Source: Bacilli bacterium (lineage in GTDB: Bacteria > Bacillota_I > Bacilli_A > RF39 > UBA660). Taken from it: a stretch of DNA of 64,000 nucleotides. The notes beneath the pieces were generated by a model, which did no database searches, was not told where the DNA came from, and saw only the letters and a list, made by a program, of their open reading frames with translations. A program made the translations under genes and the position numbers. Shown in pieces: positions 27,777 to 38,117 of this stretch. How positions within the stretch are numbered: position 1 is the first letter of the stretch; the number at the start of each line of letters is the position of its first letter. Where the stretch lies: the NCBI GenBank assembly GCA_900769695.1, contig CAAGHO010000049.1, positions 11,347 through 75,346 of the forward strand. Direction: 5' to 3'.

Positions 27777-27856
27777 ATATGATTGTTGAAAATGTGAATT
27801 TAAACTTTATTCTGATACGGTTACTAATCAGTAGAACTATGGTAACAGGTGTTTGG

Positions 27857-28384
27857 TTAGTTTGGTTGATAAAGTGTTAGGGTGTGAGTTGAGAAGGTTT
27901 GTTTTACATCTATTACTCGTTGGTTAGAACTTCCTCTATAGTATAAATTACTATCTTTTTTATCATATTCAAATCTTCCATCTACAAAAACATCACAAGA
28001 AGCTACTAATTCATATCTTAAATAATCAATTTCATTATAAGAAGATGCTTCATAAATTTCTTCCCAAGTATAACCAGACCACAACCATATTTTTTTACCA
28101 AGTTTATGTGTTCTTTTACATAATTGAATAAGTTGTTCTAATCCTTCTTTATTTTGGCATAAAGGATCACCGCCTAGTATTTCAAGGCTATAAATATAAT
28201 CTTTGTTAAGTAATGATAAAATAATATTTTCAGTATTAGAAGTATATGGTTTACCATAATTAAAATCTTGCTGTTCTTTATTAAAGCATTGTGGACAAGC
28301 GAATTTGCATCCACTAACCCATAAACTTACTGAAAATTTTGGTGAGTTGCTTATATCCATTTCTCTTATTTGAGCATAATTCAT
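27857..28384 (-). CDS. nrdG: anaerobic ribonucleotide reductase activating protein (radical SAM)
   Basis: ..SLWVSGCKFACPQCFN.. CxxxCxxC cluster; 175 aa; starts 2 nt after the nrdD exon-2 stop with RBS inside it. Confidence 0.8.
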   Translation of the reverse strand: MNYAQIREMDISNSPKFSVSLWVSGCKFACPQCFNKEQQDFNYGKPYTSNTENIILSLLNKDYIYSLEILGGDPLCQNKEGLEQLIQLCKRTHKLGKKIWLWSGYTWEEIYEASSYNEIDYLRYELVASCDVFVDGRFEYDKKDSNLYYRGSSNQRVIDVKQTFSTHTLTLYQPN

Positions 28385-28386
28385 AA

Positions 28387-28488
28387 TTATTTCTCCTGTT
28401 CCTCTTTGTATAAATGGTTATCAATATGAACATATCTTTCTTTTATTTCTTGTGTGCGTCCTTGATTCCAGTAATTATTCCCTATATA
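28387..28488 (-). CDS. nrdD: anaerobic ribonucleoside-triphosphate reductase, exon 2 (glycyl-radical tail)
   Basis: Reads YIGNNYWNQGRTQEIKERYVHIDNHLYKEEQEK*; not in the ORF track because there is no start codon. Confidence 0.75.
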   Translation of the reverse strand, partial: YIGNNYWNQGRTQEIKERYVHIDNHLYKEEQEK

Positions 28489-29393
28489 CCTTTATACCCT
28501 CGGTTTCCCGATATTTATTAGGGGAGTGGACTATGCCTTTCATTCCTCATACATTAATATAGCTTGTTAAGGCAATGATGATTATTATAGTCTCTGCACC
28601 TTTTTATTGACTAAATTTTGAATTTCTTTTTTTCTACTTTCCAAAATTTGTGGCTCTGATTTTGGATAAGCAAATTCTTTAAATAAAATTTGTTCCGCAT
28701 ACCAACGTGCATATTTAGCTTCTTCTTCGTAATTAAAACTACCTAAATGTATTTGTTTTTGATTAATTTTAATTTTTGCAATCCATTTTTTGTTTATAAA
28801 ATAATAACCTTTATATTTTACATTCATTTGATTTGTGCTTTTATCGGTAATTCTTAAATTACACTTTCTATTATCCAATCTATTACCGTTAATATGGTCT
28901 ACCATTGTATCTGTATCTAAAATTCTACGATGCATAAATTCATTTGTATTAGAATTATTTATTGCATATCCATTACAATTTTTCCTCCACTTTATATTTT
29001 GTACCTTTTTTATATCGGTTTTATCTATTATTGCTTTATCTATTATATTATAAAATTTATCATATAAATAAATATAAGCAATTTCTCCTTGTACAACAAT
29101 TTCATTTTTATCACGTTGATTTCTTGGTGAATTATCTCTAAAATATCCAAATTTCTTAAATTGAGAATAGTGTTTACAACAAACTGTTTTACCGTCTGCG
29201 GTTAATTTTTTTCGCCACATTTTACCGCAAACTTCACATTTATGCTCTAACAATATTAATTTATTCCTTTCTTTTTTAATTTTATGTTATATTTTAGTCA
29301 ATAAACTTGGCTCAAAATTGCCATGCTTTTTATAAATAAAAAGTTTAGGTTTCCTTTGAGTTTCAATCATTTTACTGCGGCAATATTAGGTTT
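28489..29393 (-). mobile_element. group I intron (905 nt) with HNH-AP2 endonuclease ORF, inserted in nrdD
   Basis: 5' exon ends in U; P1 UGCGGU(29399-29394)/GCCGCA(29381-29376) with U.G; terminal G at 28489; GACUA(29299-29295)/AUAGUCC(28534-28528); junction restores RRTCG|YIG. Confidence 0.75.
28585..29253 (-). CDS. intron-encoded HNH endonuclease with AP2 DNA-binding domain
   Basis: ..MVDHINGNRLDNRKCNLRITDKSTNQMN.. (HNH_3) and ..YKGYYFINKKWIAKIKINQKQIHLGSFNYEEEAKYARWYAE.. (AP2); TTG start. Confidence 0.75.
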   Translation of the reverse strand: MLEHKCEVCGKMWRKKLTADGKTVCCKHYSQFKKFGYFRDNSPRNQRDKNEIVVQGEIAYIYLYDKFYNIIDKAIIDKTDIKKVQNIKWRKNCNGYAINNSNTNEFMHRRILDTDTMVDHINGNRLDNRKCNLRITDKSTNQMNVKYKGYYFINKKWIAKIKINQKQIHLGSFNYEEEAKYARWYAEQILFKEFAYPKSEPQILESRKKEIQNLVNKKVQRL

Positions 29394-31481
29394 ACCGCAC
29401 GTTCTTCGACTTACCCTCATTTTATCATGGTCTTTATTGCCACAAATAGGGCATTGCCAATCAAGAGTACCGTTTTCATCTATAATCTTCATTTCCACTT
29501 CATTGCCACATGCTTGACAATAATCAGATTTAATGTTCAATTCTGCGTACATAATATTTTCATACATAAATTGTAAAATTTGTAATACTGCTTCAATATT
29601 GTGGGAAAGATTAGCACTTTCACAATAACTAATCATGCCGCCCGGACTTAATTTTTGAAATTCACTTTCAATTTTTAACTTTTCAAAAGGATTTATTTCT
29701 TCAAATACTGGAATATGATAGCTGTTTGTAATATAATTTCTGTCAGTAATTCCTTTAATTTCACCAAATTCTCTTTTTAAGGCTTTAGCTAATTTATAAG
29801 TAGTTGCTTCTAAAGGAGTACCATATAAACTATATGAAATGTTTTCATTTTCTTTCCATTTATTACACTTTTCGTTTAAAAATTTCATTACTTTTATTCC
29901 AAATTCTTTACCAACACCATTATCAAAATGTGAATGACCTGTCATATATTTTACACATTCATAAAGTCCTGCATAACCTAATGATACAGTAGCGTAACCA
30001 CCAAACATTAAATCCCCTATCTTTTGGTCTGAATTTAATCTGCCAAATGCACCGTATTTCCATAAAATAGGAGCAACATTTACAGAAGTTTCTTTTATTC
30101 TATCTACAGAAATTTTTAATGCTTTATGACAAAGTTCGGTATATTTATCTAATTCTTCCCAGAATTTTTCAAAATTACCATTAGACATTAATGCAATATA
30201 AGGTAAAGAAATAGTGCAAACACCACAATTATATCTGCCATAATATTTAGGATTACCAAAATTATCAATAAAAGGTGTTAAGAAACTTCTACACCCCATG
30301 CATGGATACACATTGCCTTTACCATTTTTATCAATCTTTTGTTCCAACATGACTTTTTCGCTTATGTAGTCTGGAACCATTCTTTTAGCTGTGCATTGAG
30401 CCGCTAATTTAGTAAGCCACCAGTATTCGCTATCCTCTGTAATATTTTTCTTTTCAAGACAATAAATTAATTTAGGAAACGCCTGCGTAACATAATGTCC
30501 TGTTTCATCTTTCATGCCTTTAATTCTTTGTAATAAGAACTCTTTAATTAGCATTGCTATTTCTTTCGTGTATTCTGGATTTTCATTTAGATACATAAAT
30601 ACCGTGATAAAAGGTGCTTGACCATTAGTGTTAGTCATGCTATTAATTTGATAATTAAATGTTTGTACAGCGTCTTGGATTTCTTTTTCTAAATCTTCTT
30701 GGGCAAATTGTAAAACTTGTTCGTAAGATAAGTTTCTCTTTTTATATTTTTCAATATAATAATTATAACTATCTCTTACAAACGGTGCTAAATGAGTTAG
30801 AGTAATTGTACAACCTCCATATTGGCTACTACTAACTGCCGTAATAATTTGAGTACAGATTGTAGTTGCTGTTAATAAGCGATGAGGTTTTTCAATACTA
30901 ACCCCATTAATAACAGTACCATTTTGTAACATATCTTCAAGATTAATTAGACAACAATTCGTCAAAGTTTTTTGAGCCATATAATCCATATCATGTTTAT
31001 GAATGATACCTTTGTCATGTGCTTTAATAACATCTTTAGGGAAAATAAAACGCCTTGCAATATCCGTACTTGTGATACCTGCAATATAATCTCTTTGCAC
31101 AGTAACTATTTTAGCGTTTTTATTTGAATTTTCTGTATTCCAATAATCAGAATTTCCTTCAAGTAATTCTTTAATATCTTTATCTGTGGTATTGCTTTCT
31201 CTCACCAGTTCTCTTTTATATCTGTATCTGATATATGCTCTAGCAACTTGTTTTTCACCACTATCCATAAGTAAATTTTCAACTCTGTTTTGGATTTCTT
31301 CTACAGATATTTCATCTTTTAATTCTCTATATTCAGTTTCAATTTCATCTGCAATATAATCACAAATAGAATTACCTTTATTATTGATTTCATTTTTAAC
31401 TTCTATCCATGCTTTTTTTACAGCTTTTCTTATTTTACTTTTTTCAAACTTTACTTTTTGACCGTTTCGTTTAATTACCAT
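29394..31481 (-). CDS. nrdD: anaerobic ribonucleoside-triphosphate reductase, exon 1
   Basis: N-terminal ATP-cone (MVIKRNGQKVKFEKSKIRKAVKKA..), class III RNR body, C-terminal zinc site CQACG..CPICG, ends ..RRTCG at the splice site. Confidence 0.85.
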
Positions 31482-31610
31482 TTCACAAAGACCTCACTTT
31501 CTATTTTGCAATAGGTTATCAAGCATTACAACCATGCTAACTCCTATTTAATCTACTTATACGATAACTTTATCATTTGTGAATCTGGAACGCTTGTACT
31601 AAGTGTTACC

Positions 31611-31667
31611 ACAAAACTAAAACGTGCCTAATCGGATTTTAAATAAAACCACTAGATTTAGGCACGT
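31611..31667 (-). promoter_or_regulatory. 5'-terminal stem-loop plus U-tract in the nrdD leader (attenuator-like)
   Basis: - strand ACGUGCCUAAAUC..GAUUAGGCACGU followed by UUUAGUUUUGU, starting at about the predicted +1. Confidence 0.4.
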
Positions 31668-31671
31668 TTTT

Positions 31672-31701
31672 ATTATAGCATACTATATGTTGAGTTGTCA
31701 A
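31672..31701 (-). promoter_or_regulatory. sigma-A-type promoter of nrdD-nrdG
   Basis: - strand TTGACA-18 nt-TATAAT. Confidence 0.55.
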
Positions 31702-32174
31702 GAGTTATCTACATCTTCTTCGATATTCTCTCTATCTAACTCCCTAGCTTTTTCCATTAAATTACTTATCTCGTCTTGTGAATAATGCGGTTCTTCTTTA
31801 ATAAGACTTTTTAAAATATTTCTAGCAGTAACTAATTGTTGATAACTACTACCGAAGTTGTTTTTATCAATATATAAATCAAAATGCCAATAATAATCTT
31901 TTCTATTACAACGTTCTCTTTGAAATTTAGAATTTTTGCTATTTCTGTAAATATTACAAAATACTTGAATAATAAGCCTTTCTTTTTTTATATTGCAAAA
32001 ATTAACTGAAATAGTATTATATTCCGACTGCATAAGTGATGGTATTATTGTAAGTATATCATTAAATATAAGTTTTGCAAATTTATCATGTGATAAATTA
32101 TATTCTTCTGGCTCTAAATTGTCCTTACGCTTATCCCATACTTTGATTATCCAATTTTTAATTCTCTCTAACAT
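31698..32174 (-). CDS. hypothetical protein
   Basis: ATG 32174 follows AAAGGAG (track ORF starts 32195). Confidence 0.55.
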   Translation of the reverse strand: MLERIKNWIIKVWDKRKDNLEPEEYNLSHDKFAKLIFNDILTIIPSLMQSEYNTISVNFCNIKKERLIIQVFCNIYRNSKNSKFQRERCNRKDYYWHFDLYIDKNNFGSSYQQLVTARNILKSLIKEEPHYSQDEISNLMEKARELDRENIEEDVDNS

Positions 32175-32463
32175 TATTTTTCTCCTTTTCTGCACTAACT
32201 TCTTCCTCTGAAAGTTTAATGAAATTTAATGGTAATCTGCCTTTAACTTTTGCAATGCCTTTAATATTTAACCACGCTTTTGCTATATAATTATTTAAAG
32301 ACAAGTTATCTTGATTGAGTTTTCTTAAATATTCGTTATCACAGTATATATAGTTATCACTTTCACTATATACTTCATAATATTCTCCCTTACGCCAAAT
32401 TAATGTAAGGGGATTCTGTTCATCTTCGTAAATATTACAGAATGTTTTAATATAATATTTCAT
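32158..32463 (-). CDS. hypothetical protein
   Basis: 101 aa; ATGA overlap with the upstream gene. Confidence 0.55.
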   Translation of the reverse strand: MKYYIKTFCNIYEDEQNPLTLIWRKGEYYEVYSESDNYIYCDNEYLRKLNQDNLSLNNYIAKAWLNIKGIAKVKGRLPLNFIKLSEEEVSAEKEKNNVREN

Positions 32464-32789
32464 AACAGTTCTTCAACCTTTCTAACAAGGACGATTTTAC
32501 AAACAGCAAGTGTGTTTGTATCATAGCAACTGTAAATCTGGTTCCAAACATTTTCATTGTTTTCAAATTTTTCGTTCCAAAAATCTTTAGCAATCTGTTT
32601 TGTTGAAAAAAGTTTAACATTGTGTAAACATACATCTTCTGTTCTTTTTCTAAAGAAATAATTATATTCGTTACTACTTTTTTTACTTCCGTCTTTTCTT
32701 GACCAAATATTAGAAGTCATTTCTTCTGTAAGGTAATAAATTTTACCTTGTTTATCTTTAATAGTAATAGCATATGACCTTTCAAACAT
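32460..32789 (-). CDS. hypothetical protein
   Basis: ATG 32789 follows AAGGAAG (track ORF starts 32825). Confidence 0.55.
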   Translation of the reverse strand: MFERSYAITIKDKQGKIYYLTEEMTSNIWSRKDGSKKSSNEYNYFFRKRTEDVCLHNVKLFSTKQIAKDFWNEKFENNENVWNQIYSCYDTNTLAVCKIVLVRKVEELL

Positions 32790-32808
32790 ATTATCACTTC
32801 CTTTCAAT

Positions 32809-35169
32809 TTAATCCCAATCATCAAAATCTAAATCTAAGCTATCATCTTCATCTTCGTAATCTTCTTCATCTTCCGTATCAGAAACGTCTGTACTGTCTG
32901 TTACTGAGTTGTAATCCTCTGAAATTTTCTTGTAACCGTCAAGTAAAAGGTCTTTCAACTGTGTCTGTCTATTTTCGTTTCCATCAATAGGTATACAACG
33001 ATTAACAAGCCCAATATCAGCAATATGAGTTACTTCTTTACTTGCTCTTGAAACACCAGTATAAAGCAAATTGTTATTATAACTCTTTTCATGGCAAGTT
33101 TCCGTAAGTAAGATGATATGTGGACACTGCGAACCTTGATATTTATGAATAGTTCCACAATATCCAAGCACAAGATTCTGAGCCAAAGAATAATCAAATA
33201 CTACCATATCTTCATTGAACTGAATTATAATATTGTTAAATTGGTCGATTTCGAGCACTTTTCCAATATCACCGTTAAATACCGCAATCGTTTTCGTGAT
33301 AAGTGTAGTATCGTTATTACCCTCGTCTAACATTTCTTTATAGCCCTCATAAGTAGGAACAGAATAATTATTCTTAGTGTTCATCACTATATCACCTTTT
33401 CTAAAAGTGATTGTTACTTTGCTGTACTGCCTTGTAACACTACGTTCATTTGCTTTAGATGGATTGATAGCCGACTGTATTATATTGTTAAGATTGTAAG
33501 TGCCAAGTTCTTTAACATTCCATGGAGTAATAACAGCAATGTCAATAGGTTTGATACCTTTGTTGATTTTTTCAACATAAATATCTACAATCTGTTCTGG
33601 TGTACCATCAGCTTTGATTAAAGTGTAGTCTTTATTTGCGCCAAGAGTATTAATGAGTTTATCTGGGTTAAGCTGTGTAGTATAGAGTTTTTTATCATAG
33701 ATGTCAGATGCAACCGCTGATAAACCACCCTGCCCATAACGGAATACTTTAGTAAGTTTTACTACTGGAATTAATTCACTTTCAATTAAATCTCTTAATA
33801 CACAACCTAATCCAATAGAAGGTAACTGGTGGTCATCACCAATGAATACTACTCTTGTCTTATTGTTGGTACATGCTTTTATAATCATACTCATATGGTC
33901 TAAGGAAAGCATTGAACTTTCATCTAATAGAATTACATCACTTTCAATCTCATTTGTTAAGCAACGCTTATGAATAGTATAAGCCATTCTATGTGTTTGT
34001 TCAGCCATTCTTTGACTAGCCCTGCCGGTCGGAGCCAGACATGTATAAGATATATTGGCATCATCTAACATATCCAATAAAGCTATAATAGAACTTGTTT
34101 TTCCTGAGCCTGCCCGTGAGACTAACATTAATACATTGTATAAGCAAAACTGATGTAGCAATTCACTCTGTTCTTCTGTCAATTCACCATCTTTAATCTT
34201 TTTATATCTTTCCCAAGGTAAATCTAACTCTTTATTATTCTTAATCTTATCTAAAATGAAATTAGCAATATTATTTTCAGCTATATATGTTTCTGCTTTT
34301 GCGATACGTTTGCTTTCATCATCATACCAGATAAGCGGACTATTAACACAAATATCCTTAATATGTTTAATACAATCTTTATCTATTTCAGCACAATACA
34401 TAGCCATAGTATTTGCGTCCATATAAGTATTATTATCCTCTTCATTAAGATTGAGAATGTGTAGTGCCAAATGTTCAATCCTATCATTTGTTTCTTTTAA
34501 TTCTGGACGAATCTCCATAAGCATTTTATCCACTGTTGGAAAACTCCTATGTAAATTGTCCATAAATACTTTATAAGGGTATTTCTGAATATTTTCGTCC
34601 ACATGCTCTACGGTACCGTAAAGGTTATCTAATTCTTGACAGTCCTTAATAGTCAGCTTGTACTGCTTGTTATTGGCTAGTATATAGTAGTATTTGAAAC
34701 GTGTGTTGATTTCTCTAATATAACAATTCATACGGTATTCTTTAATGTTTTTCAATTTAGATAAATCAATCTCATTTGCTTTACCATTGATAATCATAGA
34801 AATGAAATTAGGATAAACCGAAAGTAATGTATCAGCTTGTTTTTCTGTGGTGAATTTTGTAAGAATTTCCTTAGACTGTTCAACTGGCATATGGTCTAAG
34901 TCATTCATCATTTCATAGTCAGCAACTTTATCTACTGTGTATTGAACACCAAATCTAGGGTGAGTAGTTTCTTTAAGGTCTAAAGTATATTCTTCACCTT
35001 CATTAAGGAAAGGTAAATCACCAGAAATAGTAAAGTTACCATATTTGTTTAATACAATTTTATCTTCATCTTTGTTGTCTGTTAAAATACAACCAAATGT
35101 ACGGAAATTATTAGAAGCGTAAATTTGTCTAATAATTTTACATTTGACATTTTTAATGATATTCTCCAT
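32809..35169 (-). CDS. RecD-like SF1 DNA helicase
   Basis: Walker A ..SRAGSGKTSS.., Walker B ..VILLDESSML.., ..VVFIGDDHQLPSIG.., ..TIHKYQGSQ.., ..LLYTGVSRA..; acidic C-terminal tail. Confidence 0.8.
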   Translation of the reverse strand: MENIIKNVKCKIIRQIYASNNFRTFGCILTDNKDEDKIVLNKYGNFTISGDLPFLNEGEEYTLDLKETTHPRFGVQYTVDKVADYEMMNDLDHMPVEQSKEILTKFTTEKQADTLLSVYPNFISMIINGKANEIDLSKLKNIKEYRMNCYIREINTRFKYYYILANNKQYKLTIKDCQELDNLYGTVEHVDENIQKYPYKVFMDNLHRSFPTVDKMLMEIRPELKETNDRIEHLALHILNLNEEDNNTYMDANTMAMYCAEIDKDCIKHIKDICVNSPLIWYDDESKRIAKAETYIAENNIANFILDKIKNNKELDLPWERYKKIKDGELTEEQSELLHQFCLYNVLMLVSRAGSGKTSSIIALLDMLDDANISYTCLAPTGRASQRMAEQTHRMAYTIHKRCLTNEIESDVILLDESSMLSLDHMSMIIKACTNNKTRVVFIGDDHQLPSIGLGCVLRDLIESELIPVVKLTKVFRYGQGGLSAVASDIYDKKLYTTQLNPDKLINTLGANKDYTLIKADGTPEQIVDIYVEKINKGIKPIDIAVITPWNVKELGTYNLNNIIQSAINPSKANERSVTRQYSKVTITFRKGDIVMNTKNNYSVPTYEGYKEMLDEGNNDTTLITKTIAVFNGDIGKVLEIDQFNNIIIQFNEDMVVFDYSLAQNLVLGYCGTIHKYQGSQCPHIILLTETCHEKSYNNNLLYTGVSRASKEVTHIADIGLVNRCIPIDGNENRQTQLKDLLLDGYKKISEDYNSVTDSTDVSDTEDEEDYEDEDDSLDLDFDDWD

Positions 35170-35219
35170 AATGTTTTCTCCTTACTTAAATTTGATAATA
35201 CTATCTCAACTCTAGGAAA

Positions 35220-35248
35220 ATTATAGCATAATTCAAGCATTTTGTCAA
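35220..35248 (-). promoter_or_regulatory. sigma-A-type promoter (helicase operon)
   Basis: - strand TTGACA-17 nt-TATAAT with TGc. Confidence 0.6.
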
Positions 35249-35249
35249 T

Positions 35250-35283
35250 AGAAAATAAAGAAAAGAGAGAACTAAATCTCTCT
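35250..35283 (-). terminator. intrinsic terminator overlapping the stop of 35272-35514
   Basis: - strand AGAGAGA-6 nt-TCTCTCT then TTTCTTTATTTT. Confidence 0.6.
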
Positions 35284-35514
35284 TTTCTTTTTGATTTTTC
35301 TTAATTTCTTTGTAGTTTTAATAACCTTTTTCTTACGGTATGGATTACCATATTCATTAGTAAAGTTTTCACACCTAGGGGTTTTCCTTGCTTCAAAGAA
35401 ATTAAATGTGAATATACAAGTATCTAATTTGTGGTTTTTATCATAGATACAATAGTCACAATCTGAGCAATTTTCTTTTGGATAGATTGGCGGTCTACCT
35501 ACTGGATTAGGCAT
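35272..35514 (-). CDS. small Cys-rich basic protein
   Basis: 80 aa; CSDCDYC..C..C; Lys-rich tail; start overlaps the dnaE stop. Confidence 0.5.
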   Translation of the reverse strand: MPNPVGRPPIYPKENCSDCDYCIYDKNHKLDTCIFTFNFFEARKTPRCENFTNEYGNPYRKKKVIKTTKKLRKIKKKREI

Positions 35515-38117
35515 TAGTTATCATCTCCTTCGTCCAATTTATCAATACGGTCAAATTGTAAATCTAAGCTACGGTCTGGGTTAATGTTGGTTACTTTGAT
35601 TACACTGTGACGGTAAATGGAATTACGATATTTTTTTGCTACAAATTCGTCCTCACCTCTACGGTAGCCACTGATAATCAATATACTTCCTCTTGATAAC
35701 CAAGATTTGTCCGCTTCGTATTCATCTGTTTCTGCAATATCACGTTTATAATAAGCATATTGTCCTGCGTTAAATCTAACGATAACAACTTTTCCGTCAG
35801 TTGTTAAAACATTAAGATAATGTTTATCATCTTGACGTGATAAAACACACCCTGCTATTTTAGATAAATCATAAATTCGCCAAGTACGTTTACCAGATTT
35901 ATCAGATTTTTCAATAAACTGTGGTTCTTGTGGTAAATCTTTATAATCTTGAATATTATAAAAGTTTTTATCAATTCCCCATAACACATGTTTTTCTGGA
36001 AAATAAGATACAGTATCAAAATACCACATTTCTTGATTTTCTGTCTTAACAAGATTGAGATATTCATTCTGCCAATTTTTCTTATTAAACTCTTTTATAA
36101 TATTCTCGTTATTCATTTCTTTTGATAACGCTTCAAGTTCTGGTTTTAATACTTTATCTAAAGATTTATCTATCACAATAAGCATATCATTTTCATAATA
36201 ATAATCTTTATCTTCTGTAAGTTTATCAATATATTTTTCCTCAAAGTAAGGTCTAGCAAACTTAGGCTCTAATATATAATCTTTTTTGGATTTAAAATTA
36301 TCATTCTTCTTATAAAAGAATTGTGGACTTAATACATATTTTCTAAACCTATATGCTTTTACAAGAGTAGGTGAAAAAGTACAACCCAATTCTAGGGCTT
36401 TAGGAAGATTAGACGTAGAAAGTTCCGTCTTAGCAGGAAACTCCCAAGTTACCAACCATTTAACCATTGATACCCTATCTGTAGAACAATAATTAAAGCA
36501 CCCGGACTTGATTAATACAACCATAATACTTCGTGTTACTGACGAATTACGATAAATTATATTACCGTTTTCATCAACTTCGTTTGTGGGAAATTTATGA
36601 GTTTTATGATAATCATAAAATTCCTTAAATGAATTATATGGTCTGCCAGATAAAATATCTAAATAAACATCACGATTGATTTTAGTTACACCACCAAGTC
36701 CATAATAGATTTGATTATTTTCCTCATTTGGTGTAAATGAAAGATTAGACATATTAATATCTGGTGGTAAGGTATTTATACCATAATCTTTAATGCGATA
36801 AATAGCTTTTGCCATTTTCCCATAATTAGTACTAGCACCTTTTCTTTTCTGTGCTTCAATTTCATTTAATGTTTCATCTACAGAACCAGATTCCACAGTT
36901 AAACAAGCTGTAGCCCAGTAAGTTTTATTATAAAAAAAGTTTAAATTAAGTTCTTGAACTCCTATAACAGAGTAAATCAAACTATGCGCTTGCGAAAATG
37001 AATATCCAAAACTCATTGCAAATAATACATTCCAAACATAGTCTGCGAAAACTTTTCTTGTACCTTTTTCCTCACATCCTTTATAAAAAAGCTGTCTAGT
37101 TTCTTCTAGTATTTTTGGACTCTTCTTCGCCACCGCTTTGCGTAATTTGTTAGCAGTTTTTAATGTAAATCCCGCAACTTTCATAGAACCTACCATAACT
37201 TTTTCTTGGCTATCAAATAATTCTCTTGAAGAGCCTCCAATACTATCTATTATAGACATCTCTTCATCTGTAAGACCAATTTCTTTACAATCTTTTATCC
37301 ATTCATTTTTATCTGCATATCTTTCATATTTCTCTAATGGAGTTTCTTTTCCACCGTCACCCATAAGTCTTAACATACTATTAGTAGTTGATAGTTCCAT
37401 TAAACTTTTAGGTTTAATTTTATTAATAGCATTTACAGCAACAGCGGTATCAAACTGAAACAATGAATAAATATCCTTAATCATTCCCCACATTTTAGGA
37501 TTATCATATTCTATAACATCTGGTGAAATATATTTATCATAAGTTGCTTTTAAGGAACCTTGCCATTGCCAAATACCTGCTTCAAGAAGTAAATCCATAC
37601 ACGCTCTAATTTTTGTAGCGGCACTTGTTAATAACGCATCAACTTTAATAATTCCACATTCTTCTGTATCTGCTAAATCGTAGCAAGTACATAAAGTTCC
37701 ACTTGGAGAACGTATAGCACCTATCTGATTTACATAAGGTTCGTTACTAATAATTAAGCCTGCCGGATGTTCCCCACGATTTATTATAGTTCCTTCCAAT
37801 TCTAAAGCACATTCTCTTAATTTTGGATATTTAGCAATTTCTGTAATAAATTCTTTAACAGGTTTTCTATTTTTTTCTTCATTACCAAATAAAACTTCAT
37901 GTAAATTCCAAACATACCCCCTCTCGATCGGTATGAGTGATTTTAAAAACCCCCCCACCTCGTCTGGATAACCTAAACCTTTACAGCTTCTTTCTATAGC
38001 AGTTTTTGAGGTTATTTCAGAAAAAGTTGCCACTCTTAATACTTTATCTCTGCCCCAATATTCAGTTAAATTGTGAGCAATGATATGTTTTCTATTATCT
38101 TGTGAATCTGTGTCAAT
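35514..38117 (-). CDS. dnaE: DNA polymerase III alpha (C-family), exon 2
   Basis: Begins IDTDSQDN.. (second half of the PDxDxD motif); 867 aa of palm/fingers/OB-like region. Confidence 0.75.
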   Translation of the reverse strand: MDTDSQDNRKHIIAHNLTEYWGRDKVLRVATFSEITSKTAIERSCKGLGYPDEVGGFLKSLIPIERGYVWNLHEVLFGNEEKNRKPVKEFITEIAKYPKLRECALELEGTIINRGEHPAGLIISNEPYVNQIGAIRSPSGTLCTCYDLADTEECGIIKVDALLTSAATKIRACMDLLLEAGIWQWQGSLKATYDKYISPDVIEYDNPKMWGMIKDIYSLFQFDTAVAVNAINKIKPKSLMELSTTNSMLRLMGDGGKETPLEKYERYADKNEWIKDCKEIGLTDEEMSIIDSIGGSSRELFDSQEKVMVGSMKVAGFTLKTANKLRKAVAKKSPKILEETRQLFYKGCEEKGTRKVFADYVWNVLFAMSFGYSFSQAHSLIYSVIGVQELNLNFFYNKTYWATACLTVESGSVDETLNEIEAQKRKGASTNYGKMAKAIYRIKDYGINTLPPDINMSNLSFTPNEENNQIYYGLGGVTKINRDVYLDILSGRPYNSFKEFYDYHKTHKFPTNEVDENGNIIYRNSSVTRSIMVVLIKSGCFNYCSTDRVSMVKWLVTWEFPAKTELSTSNLPKALELGCTFSPTLVKAYRFRKYVLSPQFFYKKNDNFKSKKDYILEPKFARPYFEEKYIDKLTEDKDYYYENDMLIVIDKSLDKVLKPELEALSKEMNNENIIKEFNKKNWQNEYLNLVKTENQEMWYFDTVSYFPEKHVLWGIDKNFYNIQDYKDLPQEPQFIEKSDKSGKRTWRIYDLSKIAGCVLSRQDDKHYLNVLTTDGKVVIVRFNAGQYAYYKRDIAETDEYEADKSWLSRGSILIISGYRRGEDEFVAKKYRNSIYRHSVIKVTNINPDRSLDLQFDRIDKLDEGDDN

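Noticed and set aside
28489-29393. Inteins as the cause of the split NrdD and DnaE genes
   Set aside because: The inserts contain in-frame stop codons right after the junctions. They carry free-standing ORFs with their own RBS. They also show P1/P10 pairing, a U before the 5' splice site and a terminal G. These are features of group I introns, not of in-frame inteins.
31672-31701. NrdR box in the nrdD promoter spacer (caacatatagtatg)
   Set aside because: It matches the 16-bp NrdR palindrome only partially, and I could not find the expected second box about three helical turns away.
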